Below are positions 56,612 through 64,000 of a DNA stretch of 64,000 bases, in pieces. Location: positions 618,586-682,585 of the forward strand of contig NW_003314320.1 of assembly GCF_000143415.4 (NCBI RefSeq), in the 5' to 3' direction. The first letter of the stretch is position 1; every line of letters begins with the position of its first letter. A program made the translations under genes and the position numbers. The DNA comes from Selaginella moellendorffii. Lineage: Eukaryota > Plantae > Lycopodiophyta. The notes beneath the pieces were generated by a model, which had not been told where the DNA came from, searched no databases, and saw only the letters and a program-made list of their open reading frames with translations.

Positions 56612-57013
56612 GCAAAAAATTTTCCCCATCTTTCTCAACTTCTTTTTCTTGCTTTTGACACCAACAATGGTGAAGAAAGCCTTTAGAGCAAACACAAAAA
56701 TTTTCCAGCGTCTTGTTCGTCCTTTTTATTAGTGCAGTGTTCTCTCCATGTATCTATCTCCACGTTTTTTTTTTTTTTTTTCTCTTTCCTCTTGTTTGGA
56801 GCGTTCTGTTGTCAATAGAGAGATGGAAGGCAGTGGTTGGATTCGCATTTTTATATAGCGACAGTCCCGGGAATCGAACCCCCGACCGCCAAGAAGCGAA
56901 GGGAAGGAGAAGATGCAAGGCGCTGGTATTTCCTCGTTTGATCCGGCCGGGAGCGCCGAAGCGATGGAGTGAGGTTAGGGTTTTGTGTTGCGCGAGAGCT
57001 GGGATCGCCGAAT

Positions 57014-59717
57014 ATGGAGAAGCAGCCGGATTCTCCCGTCGCGCCTTCGTCTCCGCCGCCGGGCGAGGCGTTGCCAGATTCACAGGGCGAAAAATCGAAG
57101 AGCCTCGTGGCGCCGCAAGCGCAATCGATCCAGGTAAATTTTGATAATGTCGGTGAATCGCTACAGCGATTTCTTGTGGCGGCAGGCTGTGCAATCGCCG
57201 CAGCAGCAGCAAGCATGCAAGAGCGAGGATTATCGGAAGCTCTTCCATCTTCCCGTTGAAGAGGTGTGATCGAATTTTTCTTCGCGACGTCTCCTCCCGC
57301 TGAATTTTTGTTCTCTCTTTCCAGATTCTAGTCCAGGATTTTAACTGCGCCTTCCAGAAGAAGATACTCTTGCAGGTGCTCTTGTCTTTTTACTCACCAT
57401 TTCCAGTTCTTGTGTTGTCCGCATTGTAATAAACTAACAAGCAAACAAACGGTGGCAGGGACACATGTACCTCTTTGAGCAATACATATGTTTCTACTCT
57501 AACATTTTTGGCTACGAGAAGAAGGTATCTATCCACATAGTTCTTCTACTTTCTTCAAGTTCTTTAATTTTTTTTTCAGAAAGTTTTGCCATTGAAAGAC
57601 GTAGCGTTCGTGCGTAAGTCATGGACGGCTGGACTTTTTCCAAATGCTATTGAAATTGGCGCCTGGGGGAAGAAGGTAACTTTTGCAGATCGTTTCGACG
57701 TTTCACTTGTCGGCTGATCGCTGCGTTGTTTCAGTATTTCTTTGCATCGTTTCTCTCACGCGACGAAGCGTACAGATTAATTGTAAGAGGATGGTCACGT
57801 CACAGTGGTCATGCAAGAACATCAGAGTTGGTATGTCGCTTCTCTCTGAAGTAACTTTCCAGCAACTTGCCTTACGCTTTCTTTAATTCAACAGCTAGAG
57901 CAAATGATTCCTTCGCAGGCTTCACTGAGCCCGACAATCTGTAAAAACAGGTATAGTCTTACCCATTGGAGAGATCAATCGGTTTCATCTTTTTACTTCT
58001 AGCGAAATTCTCGAAATTCAAGAGGTGGGCTGCACGGAGGAAGGCGATGAAAAACAAGTTCTCCCAAAGTTGGAAGAGAGCACAGTTTCCAGCGCAGTAA
58101 CGACTGAACCCGGTGTCAATGAATCGGTTATTTGGAAAATTGAAGACACCCCGCCTCCACCTTGTACGTGTCTATTCTCGAGGTAACATTCGGTCTGGAA
58201 CATTAGCTTGCTAAGAAACAAATTTTGTGTTCTTGCAGTGCCTTTGGAGTTCAAGACAATTATGGAATCAGAATTTCCAGTATTTCTGTTACCTGGTTGC
58301 TTTTACTTCGAGCTCACCCCTGGCTGATAGGTTGACGTGCAAGACTTCTTTGAACTTTTCTTCTCTGATAATGCCACCAATTTTGCTGACGTTTTTCGTA
58401 AGAGATGTGGCGATGAAGGTGAGAACCGCACATTGGTTTCGGATCACACTGAAAATTATATTTTAGATTTTAGGTCCACCCTGTGGTCCTCGCATCCACG
58501 CTTTGGCCATGTCCGTGACATCTCTTTTCGCCACCCGGTGAACTTGTACTTTGGTAAGTGTCTTAAGCTACTTTACTCTCACTGATGTTTGGAACTCCGG
58601 CAGGTCCTAAGTCAGCTGTATGTAGTGAAACACAACGTTTTCGAGTGTACCGTGACAGGTAAGAACTCTGGAATTTTATTAATAAGTTTACAGTTTCTGT
58701 GCAGCCATTTGGTCATTGAGACGTCGCAACAAATGTCGGAGATTCCATACGCTGATTATTTTCACGTAGAGGTATTGTGAACCGGAATATCAATTTTCTG
58801 CTGAACTTCTGGAATCAGGTGCGATGGGATGTTGAAAGAGTTCCTAAACCAGTCTCATTTCATTCATATGTTCGCGTTTCTATGAACGTTGACTTCTCCA
58901 AAAAGACCTTATGGAGAGGTACGCTATATTCGCAGCGTAAATGCGTGAGAACAATTTTTTTATTCTGGTTTAGGCAAGATCGAGCAAGCAACACTTGACG
59001 AATGCAAAGAGACGTATTCACTTTGGGTGCAAGAGGTATGCTAGCTTTGTCCCAATCAAACTTTGTGACTAAAGATTAATTTTCTAGGCACACAACGTTC
59101 TCAATTCTAGAGCTGACCCGGGACGCGTGGAAGCTTCACTGGAAAATTCCCCCACAGGTGATCTCCTGGAATGCATAACTCGTTCTTTTTTTTACAATAA
59201 CGTTTGTGGCCAGAAGGGAGCAAGCCATCCGAAGACTTGAGCTTGATCGCTGACAGCAGAGAAAGCGAGCACGTACGAACGCGGAAGAAAATCGCGGCAC
59301 TGCTCGGCGGCATTCGCAACTTCGTGCTGCGGTTCCTATCGGAGAATCCTGTAGCCTGTGGGATCCTCCTCATCGCTATCGTCATCGTGCTAGCGCAGGT
59401 AGGAAACAGAAGTTTTCCTTGGAAAGTTCTCTAACTTCGTGACGATGGATGCTCTCTCGCAGGCCTTTACGCTCCTCACAGTGTCAAGCGAGCATCACCA
59501 TCAATCTCCCGAGACGATTTACACCCCGGAAAGCATGAAACGATGTTATGGGGGATCGAGTGATGCTCTAGCGTGGCTAGAACAACGCGCTCGCACCGTG
59601 AAAGACGAGGTAGCATTGGCGGAAGCCCGTCTACAAAGCTTGCAACAGGACCTCTCGCTGCTAAAGCTCCACATGAATTTATTCGAGAGATTGAGAACAC
59701 AACATCAGAAGATTTGA
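57014..59717 (+). CDS. VAD1: GRAM plus VASt domain tail-anchored protein (VAD1/LAM-like)
   Basis: GRAM DFNCAFQKKILLQGHMYLF...CFYSNIFG...AGLFPNAIEI...FFASFLSRDEAY; VASt RDISFRHP, ETSQQMSEIPYADYFHVE; TM segment and coiled tail. Confidence 0.88.
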
Positions 59718-60144
59718 TCGAGCTAATGGCGAATATTTTGGGTATATACATAGTTTTAAAGAGTAAAGGCAATGTGAAGCGTTGCGCCCGGTGCCAGACC
59801 TAGATTTGCCGAACCAAACGGAGCCCCCGAGCCTGAGGAGATGCCCGAACCTGGCTCTCTCACCCACAAGCCTGGTGCGCAAGCCCTAGAACGCTTGAGA
59901 CGCCATTTCATCACCGCCACGCTACGCCGGGCGCCCGGGGCCGCGCATCGGTGGTCCGTGCTAGGGATTTCCAGCGCTCTCGGCCTGCTACCTCGAGGAA
60001 TTCGAGGTATGGAGTGAGATTTCCAGGCGCGGAGTGAGATTTCCAGGGGGCGGAGCTGTGCAGCCAGAAAGGGCAGGGTAGGATGGTGCGGCGATTCTAG
60101 CTCGCGAGTGTGGAGGAATTCCACCGGGAGGGGGGCGGTGCGGC

Positions 60145-62982
60145 ATGGATTCGGAAGATGACATGCACGACGCCTGCACCTCGGATGACTACGATAGGGA
60201 TGAGGACGAGGACAGTGATATGATTCCAAGCGATGAGGACGGTGACGAGATCGGCGACGACGAGTCGGACTATGGCTTCGACGATCAGTCAGCTGATATC
60301 TTCCAGCCCAGCTCCAAATGCTCTCAGGTAAGCTCTAGCACTGGCTCCAGGGTTTGATTCCATTTGCTCTTCCTCTTTGCGCTACAGATCAACTTTGTCA
60401 TTCTTAGTGAGGCTGAGATCCGGCAAAGGCAGGAGCAATCCATCACAAGTGTTGCGACCGTTTTGTCTGTACCACGGATAGACGCGGTTATTCTTTTGAG
60501 ACATTTCAAGTGGTATGTATGCTAGTCGACTCGTCCTGGCCTTCTGTGGGACGCCAAATTGTTTCTTTCTCGTGACGCGTTGTTGCAGGAGTGTTAGCAG
60601 AGTAAACGAGGAATGGTTTGCGGACGAGCAGGGGGTACGGCGGTCTGTGGGTCTCCTCGAAAGGCCAACGTCCCAAAGCACTCCAATGGCTATAGAGGTA
60701 ACTTTACGAACTCTTCTTCTTCGTCGTCTCTTCTTCTTTTGCGTTTGGAAAAAGTGCTGAGGGGATTTTGTTTTGCTTTGCAGCCGACATGCGGTATCTG
60801 TTTTGAGTTGCGCTCTGTTGATAGAATGAAGGCGCCCGCGTTTTGTAACCATTCGTTTTGTGACATATGTTGGACTGGTGAGTTCACTCGTTTTGCTTTT
60901 CGCGCTGCTAACTTTGGTGTTTGTGTAGGATACATGCATACGGCAATCACGGATGGGCCAGGTTGCCTGACCCTTCGTTGCCCCGATCCACCTTGTGGCG
61001 CTGCCATTGGGGATGACATGATAATGTCGTTGGTCTCGGAAGAAGACCGTAACAAGTACATGCGATTTCTCCTTAGATCTTACGTTGAAGATAATAGAAA
61101 GGTCTTTCCTCTTTTTTTTTTTTCTTTTTGTTTCCACTGAGTGGATTATTCATAGGAAGAATACTGAAATTTTGTTTTTGTTTTCTTTTTTTTTTCTTCT
61201 CGTGCGCAGGCGAAGTGGTGTCCAGCTCCAGGTTGTGAATTTGCTGTCGAGTTTGTACCAGGCAGTGGATCCTACGACATCGTTTGCAAGTGCGGGCATT
61301 ATTTCTGCTGGAATGTAAATGTTTTTTTCTTCTTTTTGATGTCGCCTGGGGTTTCTGACGCTTGGTTTTCTTTAGTGCTTAGAGGAAGCGCACCGACCGG
61401 TAGATTGTGAGACTGTTGCAAAGTGGATCCTCAAGAACAGCGCGGAGTCAGAAAACATGAACTGGTACTATATCCAGCCTTTGTATCAAGTCATTGTCAC
61501 GTACGTAGCTGTTGTCAGGATCTTGGCGAACTCCAAACCATGCCCGAAATGCAAAAGACCGATAGAAAAGAACTTGGGGTGCATGCACATTACCTGTACG
61601 CCACCGTGCAAGTTTGAATTTTGCTGGTAAGTTCACATTTCTATCGTTCTTGGCTAGATACATCATGTTTACCATCTATACAGGCTATGCCTTGGTCCGT
61701 GGTCGGAACACGGCGAACGAACCGGAGGGTTCTACGCTTGCAACCGATACGAAGCGGCTAAGCAGGAGGGAGTGGTACCAATTGATATTTACGTTTCCCT
61801 TCACGGACTCATCCTGTTTGTGTAACAGTACGATGAAGCTGAGAGGAGGAGAGAAATGGCTAAGAACTCGTTAGAGAGATATACACATTACTACGAGCGA
61901 TGGGCCACGAACGAATCAGTTGAGTTTCCAATTTGAGTATCTGATAGGCCTTTCTAACTTCGTTCATGGTACAGTCCAAAACGAAAGCGATTTCAGATCT
62001 ACAACAGATGCAAACGGTTCAGGTAAATAACCCTGTCTTTGAAGTTCTTTTCCTCACTTCCAGGCTAATGCGTTGCTGTTGTGCAACGCAGATCGAAAAA
62101 CTCAGTGACAAGCAATGCCAGCCAGTATCCCAGTTGAAGTTCGTTACGGAAGCGTGGATTCAGGTGAGAGCCGCGATGCCGAAACCAGGAGCATAGATTT
62201 TCTTTACTGAGCTAATTCTGCTTGCAGATTGTAGAATGCCGCCGTGTTCTCAAGTGGACCTACGCATACGGCTACTATCTTCCTGAAATGGAGCAGGCCA
62301 AGGCTCAGTTTTTCGAATACTTGCAAGGTACTTCCGTAAGCAAGAAAGCAAAAAAAAATGCAAAAGAGAGACGCTTTTTCTCCGTGAAGAAGACAAAGCT
62401 TTAACACCTCGGTTGGCATGTCTTCAGGTGAAGCAGAGGCCGGATTGGAGCGCTTGCATCTGTGCGCTGAAAAGGACTTGCAGATATTTCTAGAGGGGGA
62501 TTCACCCAACGCCGCGTTCAACGAGTTTCGAACCAGGCTTGCGGGCCTCACAAGGTAAGAGCGGAGCCTGTGTATGTATAGAGTATATAGTAAGCGTCCA
62601 CTTGCATTTAGCTGCTTTCTTTCTCCCCTCTGGCATCACTCACGCCGCTTGTGTCTTGTCCCTATACAGTGTAACCAAGACGTACTTCGAGAACCTTGTA
62701 AGAGCCTTGGAGAACGGGCTCTCAGATGTGGAGAACTCGCGATCTGGGAAAGGGGCGAGCTCCAAAGCCTCTGGAAGTTCCAAAGGCAAGTCTGGGAAGA
62801 TTAGGATTCTTGGTGGCGGTGGTGGTGGTGGTGCTGGCTCCAGGAATGGAAATGGTGGCTCCAGCCGCGGTGGCGGCGGAGGTGACGATCATTGGTCTTG
62901 CGATAACTGTACATTTGTGAACGTGAATGGGGCGACAGCGTGTTCCGTCTGCAACCGTGTGAGACCCACGGCCGCATTTTAG
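60145..62982 (+). CDS. ARI: ARIADNE-family RBR E3 ubiquitin ligase with C-terminal RanBP2 zinc finger
   Basis: Acidic N-term; RING1 CGICF...[10 protein letters not shown]; [11 protein letters not shown]; RING2 [21 protein letters not shown]; [15 protein letters not shown]; [10 protein letters not shown]...CSVC. Confidence 0.95.
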
Positions 62983-63348
62983 CGACGCAAGAATTCGAGG
63001 TGAGAAGTTCCGACTTTTCGTATTACAACCAACACAGGCACAGGTTCAACAGGAAGGACAAAAAAAAGTGAAAGAAAGCTGTAAATATGCTGGTTTAACT
63101 TATTATGTGTGTACATATCATGCCATTTTAGATAAATCAAAAGGATCAAAGCCTTAGAATCAAAAAGAAGAAAGGAATAGAGAGGAAGACAAAAAAAAAA
63201 TCTGATCTGATCTGACCAGATAGAATATGACGTTTTACAAAAGAGTTCTAAGATTAAAAGAAAGAAAAAAGGAGAAACAAAATCTACTCCTCTGATACAT
63301 CTCAGCTCTACAAAAAAAAAAAAAAAAAAAAGTGGCTTTTCTGTTGTG

Positions 63349-63977
63349 TCATGGATTGTAGAGCTTGTTGCCACACTTGCACTTCCACCCCTCAGGCTTG
63401 TAGTTGGAATATTCACTGCAGACTTGGCTTGGTGGGGAGGAAGATTCCCCCTGTGGGGAAGAAGAGGAAGAGGAAGAGGAAGAGGAAGGAGTGGAGGAAG
63501 AAGAGGGGCTCTGATGAGACAGTGGTGCTGGGACCTGGACTGCTTGGCAGGGGAGGCAGGAATTACACTTGTTGGAGCAGCTGGGAGGCCTGGATCCGAT
63601 CTTGAAGCTCAGCTCGCCTCTCGCAGGCTGCACAAACGAGAATGGCGTGCGTGAATCCCAGCACTCCAATCCATAGCCCAAAAGCCCAAACGAGCGCGAT
63701 GGATCTTACCTGCGCGGGGCTGACATCCAGATCGGTACTCGAGGATGGGTGTCCATGATATTCCAATGCTCCTCCTCCTCCTCCTCCTCCTCCTGGGAAA
63801 ACAATCAAGACGAGCGATCAGCTAGAGGGAGTGGGAGCGTCGGGGGGAGCGATTACCGACTGGAGCGAGCAGGGATCGTGCGGCCGTGCAGCAGCAGATC
63901 GAGATGACGCTCTGGATCAAGAGCAAGCAGCAGTAGCTAGAAGAGCACGACGGCGAAGAGGAGGAGGAGGCGATCAT
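63349..63977 (-). CDS. EPFL: EPIDERMAL PATTERNING FACTOR-like secreted peptide (EPFL1/2-like), 3 exons
   Basis: Signal-like exon from ATG 63977; Gly-rich pro-region; mature IGSRPPSCSNKCNSCLPCQAVQVP...YSNYKPEGWKCKCGNKLYNP. Confidence 0.92.
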
Positions 63978-64000
63978 CGCGAAGGACTTTGATCGATCTA

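Overview
This is gene-dense land-plant nuclear DNA with very short (mostly ~45-60 nt) spliceosomal introns and short intergenic spacers. The style strongly suggests the lycophyte Selaginella (inference). About 21 intact or partial protein-coding genes can be assembled: VAP27 (3' part), SF3A2, TFB1, a FAN/NSMAF-like BEACH-WD40 protein, a C2H2/PARP-like protein, a DUF218-like protein, TRAPPC2L, RPL19, a PH-OSBP ORP, a GPI-type aspartic protease, dNK, mitochondrial ClpP, a BASL-D3-domain protein, plastid pyruvate kinase, a D6PK-like AGCVIII kinase, a DENN protein, CFIm25, an orphan coiled-coil protein, SEC14, VAD1-like, ARIADNE and EPFL. The window also holds a tRNA-Thr(AGT), a CYP85-clan P450 pseudogene and a ~6.5 kb AT-rich, CpG-poor island. 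That island contains a decayed MULE transposase and an N gap, and is followed by a mosaic of PPR, SNF2 and possibly 2OG-dioxygenase fragments. The most notable leads are the FAN/NSMAF-like gene, the lycophyte BASL-D3 protein, a candidate transmembrane uORF micropeptide in the SEC14 leader, and a neighbourhood rich in membrane-contact/lipid-transfer genes (including a VAP and an FFAT-bearing ORP). Further leads are hairpin-bearing tandem repeats in the D6PK intron and a 7-Cys EPFL. All family calls come from manual motif recognition; no searches were run.
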